Shown: positions 13,491 through 27,200 of the stretch, one piece after another | How the letters are laid out: every line of letters begins with the position of its first letter | How positions within the stretch are numbered: position 1 is the first letter of the stretch | Assembly (NCBI GenBank): GCA_028023455.1 | Contig: JAQFVV010000008.1 | Location: 7,316,001 to 7,380,000, forward strand | Origin: Epiperipatus broadwayi | Taxonomy: Eukaryota > Animalia > Onychophora | Reading direction: 5' to 3' | Length of the DNA: 64,000 nucleotides | Made by a program: the position numbers and the translations under genes | The notes under the pieces: generated by a model | Told to the model about the DNA's origin: nothing | Databases searched by the model: none | The model's input: only the letters and a program-made list of their open reading frames with translations

Positions 13491-14320
13491 GGTTGTCATC
13501 ACATGGAAGTCTGGATAAACAATGAGGATTATTTCCATCTTCAGTCACCAACCATTGTCTTGTCTTATGAATTTACAACATCCTGAAAATAAGTTCATAA
13601 TTTATTTTTGTCTGTCATGATTGGAATATTTATATAAAAAAGACCATTCACACACACACTGATTCTGCTTTATAAAAAAACTCAACTGATATTTCAGTTA
13701 AAAACTATCGAGTAACTAATTTGCATTGTTTGGTTCTTTTAAGACCTCAAAGAGGAATCAAAGGATCACCTTTCATCAAACAGAAAACTCCTTTTTACAG
13801 CTACAACAGGTTTATCAGGACTTACATTTAGCTTGTTGTGATGATAGATGGCACACAATTACTGGAACAATTCTTGTTAAGATTATTGTGCCCAGCAAAG
13901 TATTAGATGTTAATAACTCTAAATATTTTCCTTTGGCTAGGATTATATGTCAGAAACTGCTTGAATTTTAAGGGACTGCATTTCAATGGATTAATTAATT
14001 TTACACAATTAATTGATTACAAAATAATATTTAGAAAATTAATATCGTTTCTCTCAATTTTTGTTGACAAATAATTGTATTATTCAATTCAAATGATCAA
14101 ATTGAATTTTTTCCTCCACAATTTTTAGTAGCGAATTTTTTAACCATAGTCACTAGTATGTAAATAATGCATTATACAATAATATTTATTGTAATCAGTA
14201 ATGCTTTTATTTAAAGCAAAACATTTTATTTTTATATTTTGATTAGCACATTTATTAAAAGTCACATTTAATTATTTATTTATTATCTTGATTTATATAT
14301 TCTTGCTTTGTGTTTTATAG

Positions 14321-14490
14321 GAATTATTGGACCAACTACTTTACAAACACAAATCATTGCTGCGGATTTATTAGCAACTTTTAAACTTCCTCATATTTTT
14401 GTCAGTCCAGATACTTCGTATTTCTCGGATCAAATTAAATACTCTAATGTACTTCATTCTTCCACACAGTCTTTAACAAACTATATCAAT
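14321..14490 (+). CDS. Class C GPCR coding exon (VFT ligand-binding lobe)
   Basis: tgttttatag|GA ... AAT|gtaagt. (G)IIGPTTLQTQIIAADLLATFKLPHIFVSPDTSYFSDQIKYSNVLHSSTQSLTNYIN aligns to the mGluR pattern 'GVIG...VA.LL.LF.IPQISY.S....LSDK..Y..F.R'. Phase 1 in, phase 0 out. Confidence 0.9.
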
Positions 14491-16347
14491 GTAAGTAAAA
14501 TTAATTCATTCAAGGTATACTTGTAAATGTCATTTAAACATATGTGCACATGTATTGTTACATAAATGTGTGTATGTGTAAATAAACAAAAATACCTGCT
14601 GCAGTAAATTTTTTCTTAGCAGAATAACATATGTTCATGCTTGAGTATATGAGTGTGTATGTGCACATATTTTTATTTTAAATACACTTATAATCCCCTA
14701 AAATAATCTATACTATAACAAACTAAATTTGATGTTTATTGGAGTTAATACATTTAATGATGAATATATTAACAATGTTCGAATACGTTTTGTTTTTCTT
14801 ACCTTTTAGAAAAACATTATTTTTAAATAAAATTATTTAAAATATATTATCTGTTTTTATAACTTGCTTATGAAAAATAATAGCAAAAAAATTGTTTGAT
14901 GCCGATTTTTTTATTTTATAAATTATAGAAAAAATTTAAAAGACTTTCTAGACCGACTGCTTAGGCGCGTCTGTATTTTCATAATACATGAATTAAAAGA
15001 TATGTACAGAAATCTCTGAGTCAACTCTGTTCTGTGCTGCCCATTCTTTAAAGACAAATAAATAGCAGATAATTAAATATCTATATTTTTGTAACTGTCA
15101 CGCAAAATAATGCTGATCAACTCACATAACAAAAAACTTCTTTTTAAAAAAATCAAAACCCCACTTTAAAAAAAAAAACAAAACAAACACACACATTATC
15201 GACAATGAAAGAATTTTTGGACCAATGATGAAAAACAAATTTTAAGATATCATGAAAATATACAAATAAACTTTATAACTGAATATTGGTAAATACGTAA
15301 AGTAATAAATGAATAATCGAATGGTTTATTACTCAAAAGCTCATAAGAAATTCACGCCCTGGAAATGATGGAGTTGGAGTCACATTTCATGATCTGCCAT
15401 TTTTACCATTATCCAAATGTCACAATGCCAAAACCAATAAGAGTATACTAGTTAAATGATGATGGAATTTTGTTTTATTAGTGCTCAAATAGTTATAAAA
15501 ACAATACTAAAAGACAATAGTAAGTATTTTGAAATAAAAATATTAATATTTGCTCTTATTTGTCTATATTAAGATTTTTGCCTATAGACAAGTTGTATTA
15601 AGTGGGCAATATATTTATTATGATTAAGTGCTAATACTGCAACATTGTTGGTGATAGTTTTAGTTTAATGAGTTGTTTACATAGTTAAGATGCATTATGA
15701 TATATTAACTTCTTTATGGTCCTAAGACCATAAGATATTAGAATATCAACTTAATATAATAGAAAATTTATCATTGTACCTTAATTGAATATAAAAGCTG
15801 AAAATCACGTATACAAATGAAATATTCTGTACATGTATGCAATATTAGCTACAGTATTAATGTGTATACTTATAATAGTGAGTAAATAATTTTATTGAAT
15901 GAGAATTGTAATTTTCCCTGGAATCCAGGGCATTCATGTTAATTCCAATAATAAAGTAGTAATAATGACTGGCTGGTAAAACCATTCCAGCTAAGCTAGG
16001 TCATCAGATTTTTGGACTCACATAACAAATAGAAATTTGGAATCTGTAGTGTCTCTACTGATGCTGGTTCTGATGCTACTTCCAACATTCTGATTGTCTG
16101 TTGTTACTAGTGATCTCTGGTTAGTGTTATGGTGGCTCCATCTGCTTTGTGATATTTAAGCAAATATGTTTGCACATGCATTTACATATGTGTCTGATGT
16201 TTGTATATATCACTCAGATTTATCCATTTCTTGGCTTTTGTTTTTAGAAAGATTATTTTCCTTCTGTTTGCTGTGCTGGTTTGTCAAATTATTGAAGTTG
16301 CTATGATGACCTTTCACTCTACGATCAGCACCCTCTTATCAGATTGT

Positions 16348-16460
16348 AGGCCTATTGAGATTTCTATGTTCACTAACTAATTGACTGCTGCTATACAGCT
16401 TCCATGTCACATTGGTAGATTCATTCTTCATGCTGACGATGCTGAAATATACTTTAGTTC
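16348..16460 (+). mobile_element. Decayed LINE reverse-transcriptase fragment
   Basis: PIEISMFTN*LTAAIQLPCHIGRFILHADDAEIYFS resembles 'P.LF.IY.NDL....LYADD..IY.S'. Confidence 0.45.
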
Positions 16461-16612
16461 TCTATATGTTTTTTATGTAACTCTATCTATTGCTTTATTG
16501 ATTTTAAGCTCCATCTGCTGGTTATTGCCTGGTATTTATAGTTTTCTAATAAATTTATCTAACACTGTCAGTGAAAATAATCATTTGACAGTATTAATTA
16601 ATTAGGATTGCA

Positions 16613-18053
16613 TTTTTAGGATTATTGCCACTCAAGGGCCAAACAAGAGGAGAGGACATAGCAAATGCTGTCATCAAATGCATAGAAAAAAAAAACATAT
16701 TATATTTGATAAAATTGTGTTAATTGCAACTGATGGGGCAAAAAGTATGATGGGATTGAAAAGGGGGTTTATTTCCATTTTAAAAGAAAACATTAATCAT
16801 GAAATAATTATTTCACCAGGAAACACTGTGTACAAACATTTCCAGAAAAAATCGGTAAAGTTATGGACTTGGTAATTAAGATAATTAATTTTATTGCAAC
16901 AAGAGAACTTAATCATCGACAATTTAAAGAGTTGCTATGTGAAATGGAGAGTAAGTATTCAGATTTTCTCCAATATAACAGGGTTTGGTGGCCTTCCAGA
17001 GGCAACATGTTAAAACATTTTTCATTTTGCATAAATGAAATCAAACTATTTCTCAACAACAAGGGCATTCAATATTTAGAATTAAAGAAGATCAGTGGTT
17101 GTAAAAATTGTATTTCATGGTCAATGTTATATCACAACTGAATCAGCTCAATAAGGGAAATACTACTTTTTCAATGGTAGAAAAAATTATTTTATTTGAA
17201 AAGAAATTGCTTCTATTTGCTGAAGATTTAGAGAGGGGAATTTTAGTTCATTTCCCAAACTCGTCTCAATATCATCAAGAAAACAATGCTCTCATTAAAA
17301 AAAGATTATTTTAAGACAACAATTGTAAACATGAGAGAATCTTTTCTTCAAAGGTTTCGGTAATTTAGAAATGATAAAGCAACTCTAGATTTTATTACAA
17401 ATCCTCTTAATGCCAATGTGAGAGAATTAAAAATTTCCCCATTTGATATTGTTGTGGATAATTTTGAAGTGCTGGACTTGATAAGAAAAGATTTTTGGAG
17501 CTCCAAATTTGTTCACCTTGGTATTGAAATAGAAGAACTGGAAAAAGAGAAATGTCTGCTTTCACAGAAACAGCAAAGTGCTATAAAAACCCTACAGAAG
17601 GCAGACTCTATGATTTTTACTAATTGAAATAGTCTTCCAGATTCATATCATGAGTTGAAAAAATTTGCATTTGGTATTCTCAGTATCGTTGGATCTACAT
17701 ACTTCTGTGAACAATAATTTTCTAACATGAATTTTATTAAATGTAAATTGAGGAACCAAATTATTGATGCCAACTTGGAATCATGCCTCAAATTAAAAAC
17801 CACTAGTTACCAACTGGACATACAGAAACTTTCTAAGGAAATGCAAGCTCATTGGTCACAGTGATTAAAACCAATGCTAGAAATTTTCCATGTGATTTAA
17901 TCTACATTTAATAAACATGTAATTAATATTGTAATTTGTTATAGTATTTCTTTGAATTTCCTTATTTGTAAAAATATATTCATGGTTCTTGAATAATTTT
18001 TAAATGGTTGTGTCAGATTTAGCTCTTCTGTCTCAAAAGTTTGCAGACTCCTG
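16613..18053 (+). mobile_element. hAT transposon (SPIN/GTF2IRD2-like), 5'-truncated, pseudogenised transposase with right TIR
   Basis: Frameshifted pieces LLPLKGQTRGEDI, IATDGAKSMMG, NHRQFKELL, RVWWPSRGNMLKHF and 'GSTYFCEQ*FSNMNFIKCKLRNQ' (stop 17862-17864). Right end reads CAGGAGTCTGCAAACTTTT on the minus strand (ends 18053), a hAT-type TIR. Confidence 0.9.
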
Positions 18054-19924
18054 GTCTATTAAATTAATTTGCCATGAATTTCATATTCAGAATATTTTTG
18101 GCTCAAATATTCTTTGTTACAATAAAAAATTAATTATATCATAAACATAAAAATAACTCAATGGATAACTGAAGTATGTCATATCGTTGAAGAAAACATT
18201 ATTTACACTTTTTTCCAACTAATGGAAAGTTTTCTATTTTTACTGTTGAGTGAAGAAACATTTGGAAGCTATATTATAATACTCTTTTGATTCAATTATT
18301 ATTTATTACACATGCAGATCACTAGAACATTTTGGGAAAACAAATTTATTTAATGTTTACAGATAACTCATTTATCCTTCAAAATGATAATGCTCTAATT
18401 TATATAGCCATATGGATAAATGTTGATTTAATAAACATGAGAATGATGTTTTAAATCCTCAAAAGTCTCCCAAACTACCCAATTTAAACAGTTTTGAGTT
18501 TCTGTGGGATATTTGTTAATGATGATTAAGAAGACTATATACATCCTACAATGAACTTGGGGCTTTTCTTCTGAGGAATGTTTTTTTCCTTAATACTATT
18601 CAAATATAATCTTACTTCTTGTAGATTACAAGCAGTTTTTAATGGCAATAGTATACAGGGGTTCCAAGATTCCAACTATATCATTCAATACTTGATCTAT
18701 TATTAATATTACCAAATGCAGCCAGCCTATAAAGGCTATGTGTGTTTTTTTTAATTGGTTGCTTTAAAATTTATTTTTTAAGATTTAATGTAATCTAAAC
18801 AAAATATTTTAATATTATATAAATAAATGTACCCATCCTGAAAGACTATAGTTTTTGTATTATGGTTTATTAATGGCAGAATTATTTCCTAACTGGTCTG
18901 AAAAGCCATCATTTTTGTAATTTTTTTTTAATTGGTTGCTTTAACCAATTATTTTTACTTTGTGAATTACTTGCTTTGAATAAAATTCTCATAATCAAAT
19001 TAACCCTCTAAATTACAATTTTTAAATATGCATGTTACATTTGACAGTATTCCTGACAACTATTAATGGTAGAATTAGCATGAATTACATGACTCAGCTA
19101 AAACTAAATATAAATACAGTATTATAGCATCTTTTTTTTCCCCCTCACTAAATGTCACATTTCAAATATGAATTTATGTACTGTAATCACATTTTCTTCA
19201 CAATTTAAATATTATACCTATTTAGTTCTTTACTGTAGTTTAATAAAAATGTACATGTACTGATTTTTTTTCTGAGCATTTATTGTTATTGGTGGAATTA
19301 CATCCTTCACATAAAATGCTCATAATATAAATTACAGTTTAGTTAGGTATAGTTATTTATTAATTTTTTTTTCCGACAATGTCAAATTCATTGTTAAAGC
19401 AACCAATTAAAAAAAAAGATAATTTGTTAAAGCAACTAATTAAACAGTGGGACACCATTCAGACAACAGACAAAATAGGGATTTTATATAAGCGATTATA
19501 ATCAAAGTATCCATTCAATGTACAGAAAAACACATGCACATTGGTAATGCTAACATATTATTTTACTTATAACACATTATTATGCAATAAATATGTTAAC
19601 ATTATTAAAGAATATGTGTTTGTCAGTGCAGGAAATAACAGATCTTGTTATGCTTTCATTGGTTAAGGTTTATTAAAATAACAGCTTTATTTACATGCTT
19701 GCTATTGATCATTGTTTATTAAATGAAGGCAGTATTTTAAAAACTTTTTAGCATGTTTTCTGAGGATTATTTTTATAAGATAAAGAGAGAAAAGTAGTAA
19801 TTTGTTTAAAATGGTGAGATTAAAATCAAGATTTAAAAGGTATACTCCATATAAAAATTATATTACCATAATAGTACACAATATTTTATAATTTTAATTT
19901 TGTAATATTACATTTTTTTTTTAG

Positions 19925-20770
19925 GTTTTAATTGAAGTGCTTATTCAACTTCACTGGACTCACATCATTGTTCTTACATCGCCAACTATATATGGTCAAA
20001 CTTTAAGCTCCTCTTTTAGAAACATTGCTTACATTCACGGAATTTGTATTGCTGCTATAGAAGAATTGCCTCAAGGAACTAAGGATCAAAGTTCTTACAA
20101 AAATGTTTTAATAAAAATTAAGTCCTTGGGAATTAATGGAATCTTGGTTTTTGCATCTAATTTTGAAATAAAAATGGTTTTTCATGCAGCTAAAACTTTT
20201 GATTTGAATTCTTTTTATTGGATTGTTTCAGATGCATTTCGGATTACTTCACAAAATTTGATTGGATTAGAAAACACAGCAGCTGGAATGTTAACTGTTC
20301 AACCAAGCTTCAATGAAATTGTGGATTTTAAGCATCACTTTATTGATTTAGTTAGTGGAAAGCTTCCTAAAAATAACATATTAATGAATTATATATCAGA
20401 TTTTTATTCTTGTAGACTAACAAATCAGAATTCCAGTTGTAACACTGTAAATGTTAACACTTATACACAAGATCCCAGTGTTGAGTATGTTATTAAGTCT
20501 GTTTATCTTTTAGCTACTGCTTTACGCAATGTTCATAATAATGTATGTAATAATCATAAAGGACTGTGTAGCAATTTAATTAATCTAACCCCAAAAGTAT
20601 GGATGAATTATTTGAAAAATGTTTCTTACACATTCAGTTATCCAGGACTTTTAGGCTTAAAGAATAAAACTACTCGATTTTATACAAAATCTTCAAAATA
20701 TAAATATCATTTTGACTATAAAGTTTATCATTATAAGAAAGTGTCAAGGAGTACTTTTAATTTTATACAG
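19925..20770 (+). CDS. Class C GPCR coding exon (main VFT exon)
   Basis: ttttttttag|GTT ... CAG|gtaaag, 846 nt = 282 codons, phase 0 to 0. Motifs LHWTHI, YG, GICIA, FYWIVSDAF, EYVIKSVYLLATAL and 'VCNNHKGLCSNL' are typical of the class C VFT. Confidence 0.93.
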
Positions 20771-21420
20771 GTAAAGGATGGTTTTACTTTAAAAAATACT
20801 TCTTTCATAAAAATTAATATTTAAATGTTAATCATAGCAATAAATATTTATACACCCACATATATATATATGAACCTATATATGAACATATCTAGAATAA
20901 ACACAACTTCAAATGCCATATCTAAATAATGTATGAAGTCTTGGGGCAATAATATTTTGTTGCTATGCTTACGAATAGAACCACTCTCACAAATGACTTT
21001 AAGATGTTATATAGGAAGTTAACCTAGACAATGAAATTGTGAAACAATTCAATTCACAGGCTACAGGGAAGAAGTGAATCTATTCTTGTCAGCTTGACAA
21101 CTGAATATTAATGCTGTAAGACTTTGCTCACTATTGAAATACTGCATTTAAAATTATATTCACTTTGTTTATTTAATAAAAAGTGCTGAGAAAGTTTTCA
21201 CGGTTATATATATATATTTTATGCTATATGTGATTGTATATAGTAATTAATTAAATATTACATAAATATATATTAATGTTATTTTAGTTATGTTTTCTAT
21301 AGAAATTTTCAATCTCTTATGCAACAATATTATTTATATGAAAAGTAAGTTAACCTTTTGCAGGACAGGTATTTCTATCTATCAAACAAACTTAATGTCA
21401 CTAGCTGGTTACTTGAATAA

Positions 21421-21458
21421 CTGATGAGATCAGATTTTATTGATAGAAATATGTATCC
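21421..21458 (+). ncRNA. Orphan decayed hammerhead-like motif
   Basis: CTGATGA-G ATCAG atttta TTGAT A-GAAA-TATGTA-TC. Core, stem II and stem III fit; stem I is not intact. Confidence 0.45.
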
Positions 21459-21594
21459 TGCAAGACATCATTTGATTTTTCATCAAATGTCACCATATAA
21501 AAGATTGTAAATTTCTATTGAGGTCATAAGTAAAATAATGTTAATATATATTGTAGTGATCAGCTGAGAATCTGCAGGTATGATCAATGTCAAT

Positions 21595-21610
21595 CACCAG
21601 AGGGCGCCAC
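21595..21610 (+). promoter_or_regulatory. Predicted CTCF-binding motif in GPCR intron
   Basis: CACCAGAGGGCGCCAC closely matches the CTCF core consensus CCACCAG(G/A)GGGCGC and retains a CpG in CpG-poor DNA. Confidence 0.5.
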
Positions 21611-23311
21611 TAACTGGGGTAATTCTGTTCCTCAGTAAAATGTCTTCATTGGTTGTTCAGCATACTATAGATTCCTCAATTATTACCAGAATTTTTTTTA
21701 TATACATCCTTTAGATCTGGGAGAATCTCAAAATTCCTTTGAATATTTTTTTGACCATTGTATAAGACTGTAACATTGATTGAGCGATAGGTAATAAATA
21801 AATTCTAGGCTAAAGTAAATTAATAATAAATGCTTATTATAAACTTATTACTCTTATATTGTAACATTTAACCAAAATATTTTTGTTATATTTTGTTATT
21901 TTTATTATTTGAAATTCATGAAATCTATAATGAGATAAAACAATAAATACATCAATGGGCAATAACTTTTAACTTGATGAATTCATGTGGTTATAATGCT
22001 TTTATAGTTTTTTTTTATATACCATTATGGACTATATTTATAATTTCCCAATAATATATCTAATTTTACTTATAAAATCTGTTGGCTATACATATTAAAA
22101 ATAAATCAGTAACACAATTCTAATCAAATAAGCTTATAATAATCATAAACATGGTTTTAACATCTTTGTAATCATCATCTTGATATATATTCAAGAATAG
22201 CACTAGTAGATGATCATCTTATAAATAAATAACTAAATGCATATAACATTAAACTTTAGGAAATACTTAAAAATATATGTAACAAATAAAGTGAACAAAT
22301 AATTAATAACTATATTAAAATTCTACTTAATGACGCACATAAATTTCTTAAGTATGTTATGAATTTTATCTATTTCAATATTTATAGACTCTATAGATAT
22401 ATTAATAATTCACATATCATATTACAAATGGAATTTCATTTAAAAACTTTTAATAATACATTCAAGTCTACTTTAATTAAATTCACAAGATAGAAATAAA
22501 CATCAAATAACCAGTTCTTAAGTTTTTTTCCCCTGCAATATTTTATCATTACAAAATATTTAATAAATTTGATAGTATTATTGGATTTCAATTGCAATAA
22601 ATGATTGTCATTAATATATGCATATTAATTTATTCTTTTTTTAACTTTATATACTGCAAAATCAAAAATGAGTCCATTATTAACTTGATCCTAAGGGAAT
22701 AATCTTTCATTCTGCAAATGAAATAATATATCAATACTTTATTTAGGAAATCATTGAAATTGCAGTTAGAAAACTACCTAATTTTTTTTATTAGAAAATA
22801 TAATTTAGAAGTTGCTAATGTAATAATGAATGTGGTTTTAAGTTGATTTATGCTTGAGAAGTTCACCTTGGGAATGAAATCAATTGATAGTAAATTTTTA
22901 ATTAATATATTTTAATATTAAATAGTTCTAATTTTTATATATGTGTGTATGTTGTTTGAATGTCTGTGTGTGTGTCATATATATGCATACATATTATTTA
23001 TATAAATAAAGAAAAAGAAATAATTACTCAACAGGATTGCCAAATGTTAAGTCATAAGGGTTTTAATGGTTTCCCATCCTTACTTTATCCTCTAGCTAAA
23101 AGTAGTTTTATTAGAATTTTGAACATCATAACTAGGGTGGCTATTTAAAACAGTAGTAAGTTTGTTTAGAAAATTCCCACATTTTATTTTACCAGATTTA
23201 AATCACAGTTTGCGGGTATAAGAGATTTCACAAATCATTACATTATGATTTCCCTTATATATATAAAAGACATATTTTGCGGGTTCATCTGTGTTAAAAA
23301 ATTTAAATTTT

Positions 23312-23356
23312 GATATACCAATGTTTCGATTTGATCACACAAGTCATCCACTGGGT
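23312..23356 (-). ncRNA. Variant hammerhead-like motif (core CAGTGGA)
   Basis: TACC-CAGTGGA-T GACTTG tgtgat CAAATC-GAAA-CA-TT/GGTA. Hammerhead topology with U4A and A6U in the core. Confidence 0.4.
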
Positions 23357-23804
23357 AATAAAAAAAACCACTGAAATTAACTTTACAATTTTTAAAATAT
23401 TAGGATATAAATAAAAACTATAGTCAGTTTATAGCATTGATTCACATTCTGAATAGCATTTTAAAATTCTAGGATATCAGTCAAGCCATAAGCTGATTAT
23501 ATAATAAATTTCAGTGTTTTGTTTATTGCATATTATTTTATCTGATTTAGCATGTAAATATACTGAGACATAATGAAATATAATATTGTAAACTTTTTTT
23601 TCAGATAACTCAAACAATATCAAAAGTTATATATAAATATGAACCAGTGACGAAGTGTAACTTTTTTAGGAACAGAAGCACACTTCTTTTTTTTATGTTT
23701 TTATTTCACTTGCCACAACAATTTTTATGTAATAGTGTCTAATATATATTATATATATATTACACACATCTAGAAAAATCTGAAACTCTTATCTGTAAAT
23801 CAGA

Positions 23805-24220
23805 TAATATATTATCAATATATTTTTATCTTCCAAATCCTTTTAACATTCTTAAAAGTTTTAACTGTAAATTAGATCTTAGCATTGTTTGAACTTCTTA
23901 TAATCAATGAGAATGCATTAGTCAAATTCATTCTTTGCTTATATAAAAACAATTCAACTAAAATTGAAAGTCAACAGTAATTCCATACAAAAAATAATGA
24001 ATTTGAATTGCACATTTTAACAAGACTGATTACTTTAAATATAGGTAATACATTATCAATATATTTTTATCTTCCAAATCCTTTTAACATTCTTAAAATG
24101 TTTAACTGTAAATTAGATCTTAGCATTGTTCGAACTTCTTATAATCAACAAGAATAAGTTAATCAAATTCATTCTTTGCATACATAAAAACAATTCAACT
24201 GTTAGTAAAAAAATTGAAAG
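23805..24220. repeat. Local tandem duplication, about 241-bp period
   Basis: attatcaatatatttttatcttccaaatcc... at 23811 and 24052, with about 160 bp of high similarity. Confidence 0.85.
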
Positions 24221-27200
24221 TGAATTATTTAAATTGAATTTTAATTAAAGCTTTTGAAAGTTTTACTGAATTTTTCTATGGAAGCACTCATTCCGTTCAA
24301 TACATGGATGCTTCATCCCTGATATGAACATATATTGTACTGGTCAGATTTTATGTTCACATAACAAGAACTAGAATCTAGGCAAAAGTACCTTGAGTCC
24401 AATCATGCACAAGATACATAAGTCAGGAACACTCATGAATTCTGCCCTATTTGCCTATTTTCCAGATTTACCAACTTATGAGCAACAATCCCGATGATAT
24501 CGATCTAATTTCATTTCTCACGGCCGGCATTGCTCATAGGAGACACAAAAGACTCTAAGCTAACTTTAATGATAGACTAACATAAAAATGAACTATAATT
24601 TAGGAGCAATGAAGGCTCATGACCTGGCATATTAATTATGTATTTTAGCCGAGATCATCTAGTCATCATGAGCATAACTTATAAATTAGTAATAACTTAA
24701 ATAAGCAATGATTCGAAAGTTGATATATATATTTTAAGATTTATTATATTCATAACATAAATAAATGTGTCTGATTGTTTGTCAGACACTAGCCTCATAA
24801 CTATTATATATAAAATTCAGATATTATAATAACTTTTAATATTTGCGGCTATGCCAATAATAAATACTTTACAGAATTAGCGCAGTGAGAGACGTATTAT
24901 TAAGATACTATTCCACCTTCAGAGAAATGAAAATAGCATGTAACCGATTTGAAAGAGAATAGTTTAACAAAGGAATATTATATTTTTATAGAATATAATT
25001 ATTAATTTGATTTATAAAGTGGCAGACATGTGGGACTGCTAATGAATATTTATATTAATAACAAGTTCATTGTAATGATGCGCATATTAAAGAATGGGCA
25101 TAGATGTCTGTTTTAGCAAAGTCACACTACTATGGCTTATGGATGTTCATGGGTTTACTAGAAATATAATAAAAGGTGGTACATGCATGGCGGCAGGCTT
25201 TGGTGGTCCAATTATGGATCCTGGAGTGTGCTTCATGAAGTTTATCGAACGAGAATTTACCGATTTAATCTGCAAACATTGGCAGGATTGTTTTTTAAAC
25301 GAAGAGTGGTCGGCAATGCATTTATTGGGCTGGTTTTCCCAGATCGTTCCCCATCTAAAGTATGCACATACAACCAAATGTGTCCCCAGGGTGGTTTTAC
25401 AGCCTGGTTCAAGGACATTGAGAACGACATGGGACTCGACTTAGCGAATACCTCCATGTTAGAGAGAAGCACAAAGATATATAAAACAAAGTGGCCTTTA
25501 TGCACACAGCGCTTGAGAATAATGAAGCATAAATAGCTTTATAGACTATCTTACTTATTTAATACCCATAAATTATAGAATACCCTGCATAATGGTGTGA
25601 GTTAATTACTAAACAGGCATGGATGATAAATTTAACTAGCTATAGAAATTTAAGATATAAAGAGTCCCCTCCCGTTTTACTTTAAGTTATTCATAACTCC
25701 CCACACATTTCATATATATCAATCTTGGTTAATAAATGCTTTTATTAAAGTAAATAAATTGATACATAAATAAATGGGATGGTGGTAATAGTTGGGATAA
25801 AATATAGATTTTATATATATAAGATACATTAAAGTTAAAATAGCGCATTATTATTTAGAAAGAAAAATATAACATTTTTAGGAAAACAGATGTTGATCTG
25901 TTTTCTATAGCAAATTTTATAATTTAATGACTTTATTTTTCCAAAATCACAAATACCTGCGCAAGTTGACTAAGACTTGTTTTTAATTAATTTACATTCT
26001 TAATTACCCCATAAGTAAAGGGTAAGCAAAATAGAAATAAAGTATATGTTAGCGATTTTGAAAATTATTATTGGCATTTAAAAAAGAACATAAATACATA
26101 AACATATTAAACTAGAATTATTTGCCGCATGGAAATAAATAAAGAAAATATATTAAAAGAGGCTTAATGAGGATCAGTTATATAGAGCTATATAATAGAA
26201 AGTTACATAATATGAAAACATTTAACTATAGTATCAGAACAGAGTGTCAGGATTATAAAGAAGGCTGAATTTGATAATCAAGAGCGGCTAAAGTTCTTTT
26301 ACCTTGATATCTGGAGTAGTAGTCCTTGATAAGAATAATGTTCATCGTCATTAGTTTACTAGATCTAGGGTTTAAATACAACATGATAGGTTGCGTTTAC
26401 TTTTATCGGCAGACGTTTAGGGTTTAGAAGTATGGGATCTAGAGTTTCGTTATGGGAAAAGCATATTGGAACAGAGGGGAAGGTGAAATGTCTCTTACTC
26501 GCGTTACATTGGGTGAAAATTAAAATTGATGTGGATTTGGTTTGGCATCATCATATTTTGGTTGTCTCTCCCCCCTTTTTGGATTCAAATCCAGCAGTAT
26601 TTATACTTCTATTTTAGTGATGTAGCATAGCAACTACTGCTGGACCTGAGGCATTTTAAGCACTTAACCTACAGCTAAAATTGGCTGACCGTATCCTTTC
26701 TTATCTTGTAAGACTTTTAAAACAATGCAATTCTGTTATCAGTTTCTCGAACGATTGTTTTAAAATAAGTCTTATGATTTTAAAACAAACTGGCATGGAC
26801 AAAATTTCCACTAATGGGTTTATTTAACTATTACAAAATTGTGATCTTTTTACTTTTAACTAAAGGGCTTTTCCGGGTAATTGTTTTCGAGAAACTTTTT
26901 AAAAGAATTGCATCATTTCCGACTGCTAAATTAAATATGAAAAAATAATAAGTTTCATATATGATTTTAAGTACAATTTATATATAACATATTTTTAATG
27001 ATATGTCAGCAATCTCCTACACTGAAATATATATATTTATCCATTACGCATTCATACACATGAAAATAATATCAAATATTTATTTATTAAGTGGTTTTAG
27101 ATTAAGATATATAAATATCCACATTATTTATGTAAAATACTAAAGCAAAAGAAATATACGTATTAATAAATATATATATGTGTGTGTAAGGACGGGTTTG

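Noticed and set aside
23605-23742. Phase-0 alternative terminal exon giving a secreted VFT-only isoform
   Set aside because: A 45-codon open frame after a poly-T acceptor is expected by chance; no other support.
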